Assembly: GCA_002269645.1 (NCBI GenBank)
Contig: NIVC01001913.1
Location: 158,537 to 222,536, forward strand
DNA: 64,000 bases
Source: Macrostomum lignano
Taxonomy: Eukaryota
Direction: 5' to 3'
Under the pieces are notes generated by a model, which worked only from the letters and a program-made list of their open reading frames with translations, ran no database searches and was not told the origin of the DNA. The position numbers were made by a program, and so were the translations under genes. This document shows positions 63,967 to 64,000 of the stretch, piece after piece (within the stretch, counting starts at the first letter, position 1; every line of letters starts with the position of its first letter).

Positions 63967-64000
63967 CCTGTCCTTCGACCTCAGGACTCCAGAGTCAGCC

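Overview
Eukaryotic (metazoan) genomic DNA. GC-rich exons are separated by GT-AG introns, and tandem repeats fill roughly half of the window. The style suggests a free-living flatworm such as Macrostomum; this is an inference and was not verified. Genes reconstructed by hand from splice sites and reading phase: (1) the 3' end of a REXO1-like DEDDh exonuclease (+); (2) an intronless, divergent class-A GPCR (+, 26746-28071); (3) a small secreted peptide precursor (-, 31551-31874); (4) a 7-exon orphan gene of about 586 aa (+, 35401-41766); (5) a PAN/apple + fibrinogen-domain protein (-, 43090-46048); (6) a large minus-strand gene (49040 to at least 60572) in which a protein-4.1/coracle-type FERM domain and 4.1-like C-terminus enclose two tandem DDX1-type SPRY domains. 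Gene 6 is the most unusual feature. Also present: a ~13 kb 18-bp satellite with higher-order structure and a probable 902-bp solo LTR inserted in it, tRNA-derived SINE copies, and more than 30 distinct mini/microsatellites, most intronic. One intron is made almost entirely of (GTCT)n. Most long ORFs in the supplied track are repeat artefacts. No rRNA, true tRNA or CRISPR array was found.
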